Sequence record: SRR2962707_648 | Length of the DNA stretch: 64,000 nucleotides | Strand: one strand, 5' to 3' | Shown: positions 1 to 9,938 of the stretch, piece after piece | Layout of the letters: each line of letters begins with the position of its first letter | How positions within the stretch are numbered: position 1 is the stretch's first letter | Notes under the pieces: model-generated | Told to the model about the DNA's origin: nothing | Databases searched by the model: none | What the model saw: the letters and a program-made list of their open reading frames with translations, nothing else | Program-made: the position numbers and the translations under genes

Positions 1-89
1 AAATTAAAAAAGTCACCGAACCCAGCAACCACGGGTTTTTTAATATGCCTGTCCTGGTTAATTTTCACCGTGCCGGGAGATGTGTGAAC

Positions 90-127
90 GCAGGGTTCTC
101 ACTCGTGCCTCGTTTCATCCGGCCTAC
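90..127 (-). repeat. Degenerate REP-like element
   Basis: Minus strand reads GTAG-GCCGGAT...AACCCTGC: GTAG tetranucleotide plus an imperfect GC-rich stem. Single copy in the window. Confidence 0.35.
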
Positions 128-152
128 GACTGCCCTAGATAAAAGGCATTGT

Positions 153-1817
153 TTATAGTTGGATGACTCTGGCGTTGTCGCTGAGGGGGCTGGGGATGTG
201 GCTGATGAGTAGGAGTATGTCTGGTTTGTATTCGTTTTGCAGTGAATGACAAATTTGTTTGATACTTTCGCTGTCTAGTCCGTCGAAGGGTTCGTCGAGT
301 AGCAGTACGCTGGTGTTTCTTAATAGTAGTCGCGCTAGTACGAGGCGTTTTCGTTGGCCGCCGGAGAGGTCTCGTCCTTGTGCTCCGATTAAGGTATTTA
401 GCCCTTTAGGTAGGCTACGAGCCCAGTCGCCTAATGCAACGGCGTCCAGTACTTCCCAGAGTGCTTCTTCACTGGCGTGTTCTGCGCCAAGGCGTAGGTT
501 GGCTAGCAGTGATTGTTGAAAGACATAAGGGTTTTGAGGCAAATAGCTGAGTTTGGATTGATAATGTTCGTTGCCGTATAGATCGCTTGGCGCGCCGTTT
601 ATCAAGGCTTGGCCTTCACTCAAGCAGTCTCCTGCTAGCGAGGCTAATAATGTCGATTTACCACAACCGCTTTCTCCGCGTAGCCAGACACAGTCGTTAC
701 TTTCTACTGTCATGTTAATCGGTGCATTTCCGAGCCCTGAGGCGCTATGGTAACCACGATATTGGATTAATTCTATACGCTGGATAGTCGCTAACGAGGT
801 TGCCTCTGACTTTTCTGAGGTCTGTTTTTCTGAGCGCAATTGGTTTAATCGACGAATCCCCACTTGGGATTGCCCTTGAGCGACAAAAGACTGGGCTAAA
901 GGCAAAACCAGTTCGTTGACCGCTAGTATACAAAGCACTAATGCAACGACCCAGGTGCCCTGCACTCCTTGCTCTAAGGTAAGCGCACCACTCTGACTTT
1001 GATAATCCATTAACAAGATGAAGAAGCTCGCGAGCAATCCAATCGTTATCGCATAAGAGGCTAAACGACCTAGGCTGATGGCTTGTTGAATGCGAATTTC
1101 GGTGTTTTTCTGACGTTCGTCCAATTGTTCTAAACGCGCTGAGTATGCTTGCCAATGGCCACGAATGGTTAAGGTGATTAGGGCTGAAAACACGCTAACA
1201 AAGCGGCTTCGACGGTGCGTGCCTAAGATCTGCCCAACATGAACACTATGACTGGCATAACGCCCACATAGAAGTGGTACAAGGATTAAGTGCAACACGG
1301 CGGCGACCAGCAATGGCGGCAATAATGTGGGTGATATAAGGTACGCCACCACACTCACGCCAGCGTACGCTAATAAAGCGTAAATCCACGGTAACATCAC
1401 GACCAATGGCCAACGAATAATTTGGTCTAGATCGCTCACCAACCGTTGCAATAAGTCGCCTCGGCTTTGCTGATGTAGGTTCGCTGGGTCTTTTTCAACT
1501 CGTTGATCCCAAACCCATAAGCGTAAGGTTTTAAGCAAACTTAGAAGATGATCATGAGCGGTTACCTGCTCACCGTAACGGCCTGCAGTTCGCAAAATAG
1601 CCATTAAACGCACCAAAGCGCCTGGAGTAAAATAGTTAAAACCTTGTGCTAATCCCAGTACGCCAGCAAGCCCTGCCGCCGACAAGAACCAACCAGAGAT
1701 GCCAAGTAATGCCACGCCAGCCACACTGGCCATGACACCCAAAAATAGTGGTATTGCAAAGCCCCATGGGTTCGCCAATAACAGGCGCTTAAGCGATAGC
1801 TTGGATACTTTGCTCAT
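153..1817 (-). CDS. cydC: Heme/thiol ABC exporter subunit CydC
   Basis: N-terminal LLGISGWFLSAA and RTAGRYGEQ motifs; Walker A GESGCGKS, LSGGQ, LLLDEP; last gene after cydABX-cydD. Confidence 0.88.
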   Translation of the reverse strand: MSKVSKLSLKRLLLANPWGFAIPLFLGVMASVAGVALLGISGWFLSAAGLAGVLGLAQGFNYFTPGALVRLMAILRTAGRYGEQVTAHDHLLSLLKTLRLWVWDQRVEKDPANLHQQSRGDLLQRLVSDLDQIIRWPLVVMLPWIYALLAYAGVSVVAYLISPTLLPPLLVAAVLHLILVPLLCGRYASHSVHVGQILGTHRRSRFVSVFSALITLTIRGHWQAYSARLEQLDERQKNTEIRIQQAISLGRLASYAITIGLLASFFILLMDYQSQSGALTLEQGVQGTWVVALVLCILAVNELVLPLAQSFVAQGQSQVGIRRLNQLRSEKQTSEKSEATSLATIQRIELIQYRGYHSASGLGNAPINMTVESNDCVWLRGESGCGKSTLLASLAGDCLSEGQALINGAPSDLYGNEHYQSKLSYLPQNPYVFQQSLLANLRLGAEHASEEALWEVLDAVALGDWARSLPKGLNTLIGAQGRDLSGGQRKRLVLARLLLRNTSVLLLDEPFDGLDSESIKQICHSLQNEYKPDILLLISHIPSPLSDNARVIQL

Positions 1818-3552
1818 GCAAACCTCCGTGGGTTAAATTCCAATGTCTGTCAGCCCAAGAAATCGGGTGTGTATCGTGGCTGACCACTAACAATGTTTTG
1901 CCTTTTGAAACGCTATTTAGTGTCTCAAGTACGGCGTTAGCTGTGTCTTCGTCAAGCCCAGAACACGGTTCGTCTAGCAACCAAACATCGGCATTGGAGA
2001 GCAGCGCCCGAGCAATGGAAAGTCGCTGCATTTGCCCTCCTGATAAGCCGGTTCCTAATTCGGTAAGCTTGGTCTCCAGCCCAGCCGGTAAGGCCTTAAT
2101 GAAATCCGCACACTGGCTTTTCTCTAAAGCGGTTTGTATTTCTTGCTCACCTGGAGGCTGTATTCCCAACAATAGATTTTGACGAATGCTGCCATTTACC
2201 CATTCTGGTGTTTGTGGCAACCAGGCCAATCGGCCTCGCCACTGCGCAATATCCAGCGTCGAAAATGGCTCGTGGTAAACAAAACATTCGCCTTGATAAC
2301 CCTTTTCAAACCCCAATAGCAAATGCAGCAAACTGGACTTTCCGACACCAGATTCGCCACTAAGCCAGATACGCTCACCTTCACGAATATGATTACTGAT
2401 CGGCGCTAAACGAGTCCGGCCAGCTTGCTGCCAGCTCAATGCTTGAAAGGTCAACAAGGAGGTAGATTGTGTTTTGACGATCGATAAATGCGATTGAATG
2501 GCGTCGTCTTTTCTCACGGTCTGCGCGTCTTGTGTCGGAGTATTGAATATTTCCAATAACGCGGTCGCTGCGGCTTCGGCTTTTTGTTTGGCGTGATAAT
2601 CGTTGCCTAATTGGCGCAACGGTAAATAAAACTCTGGCGCGAGTAACAAGAGAAAAAAGGCTTGAGTTAACGTGACCGGTGCCTGTCCTTTGTCCCAAGG
2701 CAATTGCTCTAGCAAACCCAACCCCAGATACAAGGCGATCATCGCGATGGACAAGGAGGCGAATAACTCCAACGTTGCGGTCGATAAGAATGCCAAACGC
2801 AACACGCCCATGGTCGTTCTTTGATACGCACTGGCGCTGTCCGACAAACGCTGTTTGGCTTGTCCGGTACGACCGAGGCGTTTTAGTTCTGCCAGCCCTT
2901 GGCTTAAATCCATAAACTGGTTTGATAACATGGCCAACACTCGAAACTGTCGACGGTTCGCTTGCGCGGCTTTATGGCCCACAAAGATCATAAAAATAAT
3001 CACCAATGGCGCCGTCATCATAAACACCCCAAAGGCAATATAAGAGACAGGCAACACCGCAAGCAAAATAACACAGGGAATCAAGGACACCATAAACAAC
3101 TGAGGTTTATAGCGACTGAAATAATCATCGAGGGCGTCGACTTGTTCATAGACTCGTGTCGACAAGGCCGCATCTTCGTCAATTTTTAAGCGTGAAGGAC
3201 CAAGATGCGTCAAATGTGAGAGTAATTTTTTGCGCAGTGTATAGCGAATACTGCGACTGGCTGCGGCACTTAATCGCTCGCGACCAAAGCTGGCCAACGC
3301 GCGAATAAGCAATGCAGAAAATGCGATTAACAACAATGAAACAGAAAAAGCGCCGTCAATGACCAAGTCAGAAAAGACATTAGCCAAAGACCAAGCTTGG
3401 GCAACCAAACCGACGGTAAAAAGAATACCCAGCAGCTGAACAAGACGATAACGTTTCGTTTGTCGTTTTGCCCATTCATTAAGAAACTGCAATTCGGGCG
3501 TAGTTAGCCGTGCCTTTCGTGGCGACTTGTGCGCTTTCTCTTGTTTAGACAT
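1789..3552 (-). CDS. cydD: Heme/thiol ABC exporter subunit CydD
   Basis: TMGVLRLAFLS and LLLAPEFYLPLRQLG..YHAK motifs; ABC motifs GESGVGKS and LSGGQ. Confidence 0.92.
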   Translation of the reverse strand: MSKQEKAHKSPRKARLTTPELQFLNEWAKRQTKRYRLVQLLGILFTVGLVAQAWSLANVFSDLVIDGAFSVSLLLIAFSALLIRALASFGRERLSAAASRSIRYTLRKKLLSHLTHLGPSRLKIDEDAALSTRVYEQVDALDDYFSRYKPQLFMVSLIPCVILLAVLPVSYIAFGVFMMTAPLVIIFMIFVGHKAAQANRRQFRVLAMLSNQFMDLSQGLAELKRLGRTGQAKQRLSDSASAYQRTTMGVLRLAFLSTATLELFASLSIAMIALYLGLGLLEQLPWDKGQAPVTLTQAFFLLLLAPEFYLPLRQLGNDYHAKQKAEAAATALLEIFNTPTQDAQTVRKDDAIQSHLSIVKTQSTSLLTFQALSWQQAGRTRLAPISNHIREGERIWLSGESGVGKSSLLHLLLGFEKGYQGECFVYHEPFSTLDIAQWRGRLAWLPQTPEWVNGSIRQNLLLGIQPPGEQEIQTALEKSQCADFIKALPAGLETKLTELGTGLSGGQMQRLSIARALLSNADVWLLDEPCSGLDEDTANAVLETLNSVSKGKTLLVVSHDTHPISWADRHWNLTHGGLHEQSIQAIA

Positions 3553-3556
3553 GCGC

Positions 3557-3667
3557 TTACTTTTGCTCCTCTTCGCCTTCGTAACCGCTAAAATCTAGCC
3601 AAATCGCGTTTACAATACCGAATGCGCAAGCCAGTAAAACCCCTAGACTCCAAGCAAAATACCACAT
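3557..3667 (-). CDS. cydX: Cytochrome bd-I small subunit CydX (36 aa)
   Basis: MWYFAWSLGVLLACAFGIVNAIWL matches the CydX pattern; AAGGAG RBS; directly after cydB. Confidence 0.92.
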   Translation of the reverse strand: MWYFAWSLGVLLACAFGIVNAIWLDFSGYEGEEEQK

Positions 3668-3726
3668 AATACTGTCTCCTTTGTGGGGCGCTACAGGTGG
3701 AGCGCCCCCCTTCTTAATGAATGTGC

Positions 3727-4863
3727 TTAATAAAGAGAATGTGCGTTTTTCTCGATATGCTCTTTGCTGATACGACCAAACATCACAATGTAAGACCAAA
3801 TGGTGTAACACAAGATAATCGGCACAAAAATACACGCGGCGATAAACATGATTTGCAAGGTGTGTTGACTAGAAGTCGCATCCCACATAGTCAAACTCAT
3901 GCTAGGAAAAGTAGACGATGGCATTAGGAATGGGAACATAGACCCACCCGCAGTGACAATAATACCCACGATACCCAAAGAGGAACTTAAGAAAGCCAAG
4001 GCGCCTTTGTTCACACGACTCGCAAACGCAGCAACCAACAAACCTAATACACCCAATACAGGAGCCAGCATTAATAAAGGCACCTTATCGTAGTTCGCCA
4101 ACCAAGCGCCTGGCTCAATAGACACTTCTTTCATCAATGGAGTAAGGACTTGACCACCATCGATGGCACTCGTAATGACGTACCCTTGGATACCATACGC
4201 TAACCACACACCCGCTAAGATGAACAACACAGCGCCAAGTAATGAGGTCACTATGGTGGCTTTGCGAACGCGTTTCAGCAAGTCCCCTTCTGTTTTCATC
4301 TGCAACCAAGCACCACCTTGGGTAATGATCATCATCAGACTCACCAAGCCACACAAAATAGCGAAGGGATTCAATAGCCCAAAGAAAGAACCGGTATAAT
4401 CTACACGCAAGAACTCGTCAAATTGAAATGGCACACCTTGTAGTAGGTTACCAAAGGCCACACCAAAGATAATAGGTGGCACGATAGAACCAAAACCTAT
4501 GCATAAATCCCAGTTTCTTTTCCAACGAGGCGAGTCAATTTTCGAGCGGTAATCAAAGCCAATTGGGCGAAACCACATCGCGGCTAAGGTCAAGATCATC
4601 GCCATATAAAACCCTGAGAACGAAGCCGCATACACCACAGGCCAAGCCGCAAATAACGCCCCGCCCGCCGTAATAAACCATACTTGGTTACCGTCCCAGT
4701 GAGGGGCCATGGAGTTAATCATCACGCGGCGTTCGCTGTCATCACGAGTGATAATATTGACCAAGCTACCCACGCCCATATCAAAACCGTCGGTGATGGC
4801 AAAGCCAATCAATAGCACTCCGACCAATACCCACCAGATTAATTTTAAGACATCATAATCCAT
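3727..4863 (-). CDS. cydB: Cytochrome bd ubiquinol oxidase subunit II
   Basis: DGFDMGVG and PHWDGNQVW motifs; C-terminal HSLY. Confidence 0.96.
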   Translation of the reverse strand: MDYDVLKLIWWVLVGVLLIGFAITDGFDMGVGSLVNIITRDDSERRVMINSMAPHWDGNQVWFITAGGALFAAWPVVYAASFSGFYMAMILTLAAMWFRPIGFDYRSKIDSPRWKRNWDLCIGFGSIVPPIIFGVAFGNLLQGVPFQFDEFLRVDYTGSFFGLLNPFAILCGLVSLMMIITQGGAWLQMKTEGDLLKRVRKATIVTSLLGAVLFILAGVWLAYGIQGYVITSAIDGGQVLTPLMKEVSIEPGAWLANYDKVPLLMLAPVLGVLGLLVAAFASRVNKGALAFLSSSLGIVGIIVTAGGSMFPFLMPSSTFPSMSLTMWDATSSQHTLQIMFIAACIFVPIILCYTIWSYIVMFGRISKEHIEKNAHSLY

Positions 4864-4864
4864 G

Positions 4865-6442
4865 TTAAATCTCCTGCGATTTTATCTGAGCCGTTTCGTT
4901 TTCAAGTGCATAACGACCGGTGTGCAAGCTAGAAGGACCCTGTTTAGAGAAACGAATCATGAGATACATTTCTGCGATCAAGAAGGCGGTATAAAGTAAC
5001 GTAATGCCGATAATAGTGGTCCAAAGCTCGCCTTCTGTTAAACCAGAAGCGGCTAAGTTCACAGGCAATATTTCACCAATCGCCCATGGCTGACGACCAT
5101 ATTCAGCAACCAACCAACCTGCTTCACATGCAATCCAAGGAACCGGCAAACTAAATAGAATCACTTTCAAGAACCAACGGTTCTGACCAATTCGACGGCG
5201 TGCGTTTTGGTAGAAAGCGGCGGCAAAAATCAGCAACATAAAGAAGCCAAGACCGACCATGATTCGGAAAGAGAAGAAGATAGGCGCCACATGCGGAATA
5301 CTGTATTCCACGGTTTGATCTATTTGAGCCGCCGTGACGTTGTTCATGTCGTCGGCAAAGGTTTTTACCAACAAGCCATAACCTAGGTCCCCTTTCACTT
5401 TTTCGAAATCGGCTTTCACTTGAGGATCTGTTGATCCATCACGCAATTTCTGAAGCAGCTGGTTCGCATAGATGCCGTTGATAATACGCTGACGGTTTTG
5501 CTCTTTAAGCTGATCAATACCAGTCACTTGTTTGTCCAGCGAGCGAGTGGCGATCAAGCCGAGGGCACCGGGAATTTTAATCGCGTATTCGGTTTTTTCA
5601 ATGTCTTGATTCGGAAGACCGATCAAGGTGAAATCCGCAGGCGCTTGCTGTGTGTCCCATTCGGCCTCAATGGCGGCCATTTTCACTTTTTGAACATCGC
5701 CAATTTCATAACCAGACTCATCACCCAATAAGATTACACTTAATGTGGCGGCTAAACCGAAGGCTGAAGCAATAGCGAAAGAACGACGAGCAAAAGCCAG
5801 GTCACGCCCTTTTAGCAAATAATAACTTGAGATCGCTAAGACAAACATCGCGCCAGTACAGTAACCCGCTGACACAGTGTGAACAAATTTCACCTGAGCC
5901 ACTGGGTTAAATAACAAAGCACTAAAGTCGACCAATTCCATGCGCATGGTTTCATAATTGAATTCAGAGCCCACTGGGTTTTGCATCCAACCATTGGCAA
6001 TCAAAATCCACAAGGCCGACATATTAGAGGCGAAAGCCACCAACCAAGTCACCGCCAAATGTTTGGCTTTGCTTAAACGGTCCCAACCGAAAAAGAACAG
6101 CCCCACTAAAGTAGATTCTAGGAAGAAGGCCATTAACCCTTCTATCGCCAGCGGCGCACCAAAAATATCCCCGACATAATGGGAGAAATAAGACCAGTTG
6201 GTACCAAACTGGAACTCCATAGTAAGACCTGTCGACACGCCCAGGGCAAAGTTAATACCAAATAACTTACCCCAAAATTTCACCATGTCTTTATAAACTT
6301 GCTTGCCTGTGATGACGTAAACCGACTCCATAATGGCAAGAATAAAAGATAACCCGAGTGTTAAAGGAATAAACAAAAAGTGGTACAAAGCAGTTAGAGC
6401 AAACTGGAACCTCGATAAGTCCACTACCGTTTCATTGATCAT
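4865..6442 (-). CDS. cydA: Cytochrome bd ubiquinol oxidase subunit I (long Q-loop type)
   Basis: [31 protein letters not shown] and EYGRQPW motifs; start moved to ATG 6442 (MINETVV). Confidence 0.96.
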   Translation of the reverse strand: MINETVVDLSRFQFALTALYHFLFIPLTLGLSFILAIMESVYVITGKQVYKDMVKFWGKLFGINFALGVSTGLTMEFQFGTNWSYFSHYVGDIFGAPLAIEGLMAFFLESTLVGLFFFGWDRLSKAKHLAVTWLVAFASNMSALWILIANGWMQNPVGSEFNYETMRMELVDFSALLFNPVAQVKFVHTVSAGYCTGAMFVLAISSYYLLKGRDLAFARRSFAIASAFGLAATLSVILLGDESGYEIGDVQKVKMAAIEAEWDTQQAPADFTLIGLPNQDIEKTEYAIKIPGALGLIATRSLDKQVTGIDQLKEQNRQRIINGIYANQLLQKLRDGSTDPQVKADFEKVKGDLGYGLLVKTFADDMNNVTAAQIDQTVEYSIPHVAPIFFSFRIMVGLGFFMLLIFAAAFYQNARRRIGQNRWFLKVILFSLPVPWIACEAGWLVAEYGRQPWAIGEILPVNLAASGLTEGELWTTIIGITLLYTAFLIAEMYLMIRFSKQGPSSLHTGRYALENETAQIKSQEI

Positions 6443-6593
6443 AATGACTTCAACCCATTCACTTGATTGAGAAAAGACGTTCACAGGCACTTTTCTTTAA
6501 ACTCAATGCTCTTGTTGTTTTACGTCCGCCGCCGCTCCAGCCATTGGAGCTAACTATAAGCGTGAATTATGAGTGAGCTTGTCTTTAGAAACA

Positions 6594-6607
6594 TTGCGTT
6601 AGATCAA
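6594..6607. promoter_or_regulatory. Possible FNR/Anr box upstream of cydA
   Basis: TTGCG-TTAG-ATCAA, 8/10 to TTGAT-N4-ATCAA, about 150 bp upstream of cydA. Confidence 0.4.
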
Positions 6608-6737
6608 GAGAAAGACAGAGAAAACCATTCAATGGTGTTTGGACACTTTTTATAGACCTAGGTCAAATAACCGTAGGCCATGCGATAAGTTCGTGATTTG
6701 GTTGGTTTTATAACAGCCTGTTGTGATGGCGGGTTCT

Positions 6738-7328
6738 TTAAAAAGGGTATTGAGTGAACATGTCCTCGATCATCTGATCAAGCGGCGCTTCTTGTCCGTA
6801 GGTTTTTGCGTATACTCGCAAACCAGAAATTTGGATTTGTATGTAACGGGCTAATTCTCTCGGTGTTTGGTTTTGTTTCACTTCACCTAATGCTTGAGCG
6901 TCTGCAATTAACAAAGCAAATTCTGTTTCTATTTGTTTGAGTGAATTTTTTGCTTCTTCTAATAACTCGGCATTGTCTTCGGTTAATTCAGCGACGGTTT
7001 TTGCCAACATACACATACCATTCGGCGCCTTGGTTTGTGAGTCAATCACCAGCATTTTGACAAAGCTTTGCAGCGCACTAATCGGCGATGAGGTTTCACG
7101 TCGGCAAGCATGTAAGGCCGCGATTCCCTGCTGCGTGTAACATTTCAACGCTTCTTTAAACAAGCCTTCTTTGCTACCAAAAGTCGCATAAATACTGCCT
7201 GGTCGCATATCAATTACGTCCTGGAGGTTACGCATTGAGGTGGCATGAAACCCCTTTTCCCAATACAAATCAGTCGCTTTATTCACCACCTGATCGCGGT
7301 CAAACTTGGCATTTTTTCTCATTGTCAC
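6738..7328 (-). CDS. TetR/AcrR family regulator (NemR/ComR-like)
   Basis: N-terminal HTH YWEKGFHATS...GSIYATFGSKEGLF; GMCML motif. Confidence 0.9.
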   Translation of the reverse strand: MTMRKNAKFDRDQVVNKATDLYWEKGFHATSMRNLQDVIDMRPGSIYATFGSKEGLFKEALKCYTQQGIAALHACRRETSSPISALQSFVKMLVIDSQTKAPNGMCMLAKTVAELTEDNAELLEEAKNSLKQIETEFALLIADAQALGEVKQNQTPRELARYIQIQISGLRVYAKTYGQEAPLDQMIEDMFTQYPF

Positions 7329-7347
7329 TCTTCTATAAAAAAACTTT

Positions 7348-7386
7348 TTGAACGATCGCTCAATTTTAACTTGAACGAACGTTCAA
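7348..7386. promoter_or_regulatory. Two 16-bp TetR-type operators
   Basis: TTGAACGATCGCTCAA (7348-7363) and TTGAACGAACGTTCAA (7371-7386) between divergent genes. Confidence 0.75.
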
Positions 7387-7466
7387 AACCACTTATTATT
7401 CGTTTTATTGAAAACAAGGCCGAACAATCAGCCACCAAAATCATCCACTGTTTAATAGGATATACC

Positions 7467-8018
7467 ATGAGCGAATTTACCATCCATACTCTAGAAAGCG
7501 CACCAGAAGCTAGCAAAGAAGCCGTTGAGGCCTCTATAAAAGGCAATGGTTTTTTACCTGGTTTACACGGTGTAATGGCGGAAGCACCAGGGCTACTTGA
7601 AGGCTATCAGGTGTTGCACAAACTGTTCACCGAGTCTTCTTTCAACGCAGAAGAACTGACCGTTGTTTGGCAAACCATTAACGTTGAACATGCTTGCCAT
7701 TACTGTGTTCCTGCCCATACCGGCATTGCGCATATGATGAAGGTAGACCCAGCATTAACCGAAGCATTGCGTAATCAAGAAGCCATGCCAACAGAGAAAT
7801 TACAAGTGCTGCATGAGACAACATTGGCGATGACTCGTAACCGTGGTTTCCTAACTCAAGAAGAAATATCACGCTTCTTTGAAGCGGGTTATGCTCAGCG
7901 TCAATTGCTGGAAATTGTTTTAGGTCTATCTCAAAAAGTAATGAGTAATTATACAAACCATCTAGCAGAAACGCCTGTTGATTCTGTCTTTGAAAAGTTC
8001 GCTTGGCAGCCTAAATAA
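7467..8018 (+). CDS. Carboxymuconolactone decarboxylase / AhpD-like protein
   Basis: EHACHYCVPAH (CxxC...H) and KVMSNYTNH motifs; AGGA RBS before ATG 7467. Confidence 0.88.
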   Translation: MSEFTIHTLESAPEASKEAVEASIKGNGFLPGLHGVMAEAPGLLEGYQVLHKLFTESSFNAEELTVVWQTINVEHACHYCVPAHTGIAHMMKVDPALTEALRNQEAMPTEKLQVLHETTLAMTRNRGFLTQEEISRFFEAGYAQRQLLEIVLGLSQKVMSNYTNHLAETPVDSVFEKFAWQPK

Positions 8019-8069
8019 GCGACCTACTGCACGCCCAAAAAACGTGCTTTCTAGCGCAAAAACACAATG

Positions 8070-8099
8070 TACCTCCTAACCATTAGGGGGTATTTTTTT
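8070..8099 (+). terminator. Rho-independent terminator
   Basis: TACCTCCTAA/TTAGGGGGTA stem followed by a T7 run. Confidence 0.7.
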
Positions 8100-8387
8100 A
8101 TCTTTTCTTTGTCATAAAAAAACCATTATTTAATTTGCTATTTTCGCTTTTCCTAACGCCATAAAATCACGATAAACACGACTTACCCCAGCACTGCCTT
8201 TTTAGGCCAATCACGGCATAAAGACTGCGCTTCAGCGCTATTTTACTGATTTGATTTTTCAATATAGAGTTGAAGAATTAATCGATTTTTTGGTACAAAA
8301 AACGGCGAGAAAAAGCGTAAATATGTGTCAAAGTGTGTGCAAAAAATGTACTATTATGTAAAGGTATTACATTGTAGGTAAAGTTCT

Positions 8388-8984
8388 ATGAGCATTGAAG
8401 ATTCAGCAAATAAGCACATCGAGTTTTTAAGCCAAAATAGCTACAGCCCACTACTGTATGTTGTGAATCACTATAATTTATTACTCATTAATTATAAGAC
8501 GCTTAATGGCATAACAAATTACGAATTCATTAATCAGTTCATGCAAGAGCAAGATCACCAAGGACTCGTCATTTTTGATGTTCCTAAAGACGGTGATATC
8601 TTAGCGCTTAAAGAATGGCCTAATCTCAAAGGCATTTTTTATGACGATGCTGATGAAGCTTTGTTTCAAAAAGGTTTTGAAGCCATCAACAGTGGAGAGT
8701 TATGGTTTCCTAGAGCGGTAACGGATTGTTGGATGCGACAAATGCTTCACCATGAGCAACAAAGTATGTTGCGCTCTAATAACCTTACTCGTAAAGAAGT
8801 GAAAGTACTAAACCTGCTTTTCTCTGGTTTAGAATCCAGCGCTATTGCCGACAATCTTTTTATCAGTGAAGCGACCGTTCGGGTCCATCTGCACAAAATC
8901 TACCACAAAATTGAAGTGAAAAATAAACAACAAGCACGAGAATGGTGCAAACAAAATCTCAGTAAGTTTAACAACGAACCTTGA
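8388..8984 (+). CDS. LuxR-family regulator, CsgD/VpsT-like
   Basis: Degenerate receiver-like N-terminus (GIFY...GELWFPR); C-terminal HTH LTRKE...IADNLFISEATVRVHLHKIYHKI. Confidence 0.85.
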   Translation: MSIEDSANKHIEFLSQNSYSPLLYVVNHYNLLLINYKTLNGITNYEFINQFMQEQDHQGLVIFDVPKDGDILALKEWPNLKGIFYDDADEALFQKGFEAINSGELWFPRAVTDCWMRQMLHHEQQSMLRSNNLTRKEVKVLNLLFSGLESSAIADNLFISEATVRVHLHKIYHKIEVKNKQQAREWCKQNLSKFNNEP

Positions 8985-9086
8985 TAAGGTTCCTGCCAAT
9001 AACACAGAGTTCAACGGTTATTCCGCTATTTCCTCTGCTTTTCAGATCTCATTCCGTTGTCTATTTTAGAGTTCTATTTTATTTAT

Positions 9087-9938
9087 CTAATAGTTAAGCG
9101 GTGTCACATGAAATCGAATCGTGTCACTGTATTCACCTGCCGCCTGCCTTTGAAATTCACCTAATTGCATGCCTAATCTCAATAAGAAAACCGTTTGTCC
9201 TTTATACGCAAAGGTTCTTTTTGATTCGCCTATTAAATTCACTCTGTCGCCGTCCAAACTTAAAAAATAATCAATGGTGTATTTATTTTTATATAAGGAA
9301 TGGATTAATCGGCCTCTATTTTCTGAGTTCACACTGAGTTGAACATCGGCGTTTGTGACCACTTTAAAGGTCGGCAACATATTGTACTCTTTGCCCGAAA
9401 CGAGTTCGCCAAGGTTAATTACATTTGAGCTAGAGCTGTACCCAACGACAGACAAACTGGTTCTTGGTAGGATCGTTTCTTTAATTTCGAACTCTCGCTC
9501 ATCCAATAAACTGTTATTTATGTCATAGAGTTTTAGCTCTAGTCGATCTGAATACTCTCCCGCTTTTACTGGCGTTCCGGCTCGAATCCGTAACTCAATG
9601 TCGGCAGAGGAGTCCACAAAATTCAAGCGGGTCACAGAGGAGCTAATCGTTTGCTGGATATCACTTTTAACATAATAAGGAATGGCCTGAAATTGGCCTT
9701 TCAGTTGGTTTTGATTGTTACTGGTGAGCACCATATACAATTGGCAGTCTTGTGTGTCACGAACACTAATATGCAAACGTTTTTTAGCATCATTGGGCTG
9801 CTGCGCATGATAATGTTCAAAATCATCGGACAAATGCTTAATAGTGCCAATTTTTGCGTTACAGTTTGCATAAGTCATTTGAGACAAACCTAAGAAAACA
9901 ACACCCGCAATCCATAGAGATAGCTTTTTAGTGTACAT
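9087..9938 (-). CDS. Putative two-domain minor pilin / tip adhesin
   Basis: Signal peptide, N-terminal Cys pair, two AGEYSD pilin-type strand motifs; last gene of the usher operon. Confidence 0.65.
   Translation of the reverse strand: MYTKKLSLWIAGVVFLGLSQMTYANCNAKIGTIKHLSDDFEHYHAQQPNDAKKRLHISVRDTQDCQLYMVLTSNNQNQLKGQFQAIPYYVKSDIQQTISSSVTRLNFVDSSADIELRIRAGTPVKAGEYSDRLELKLYDINNSLLDEREFEIKETILPRTSLSVVGYSSSSNVINLGELVSGKEYNMLPTFKVVTNADVQLSVNSENRGRLIHSLYKNKYTIDYFLSLDGDRVNLIGESKRTFAYKGQTVFLLRLGMQLGEFQRQAAGEYSDTIRFHVTPLNY

Noticed and set aside
8356-8372. ATGTAA-N5-TTACAT palindrome as a GacA box
   Set aside because: Arms and spacing do not match TGTAAG-N6-CTTACA; single copy in AT-rich DNA.
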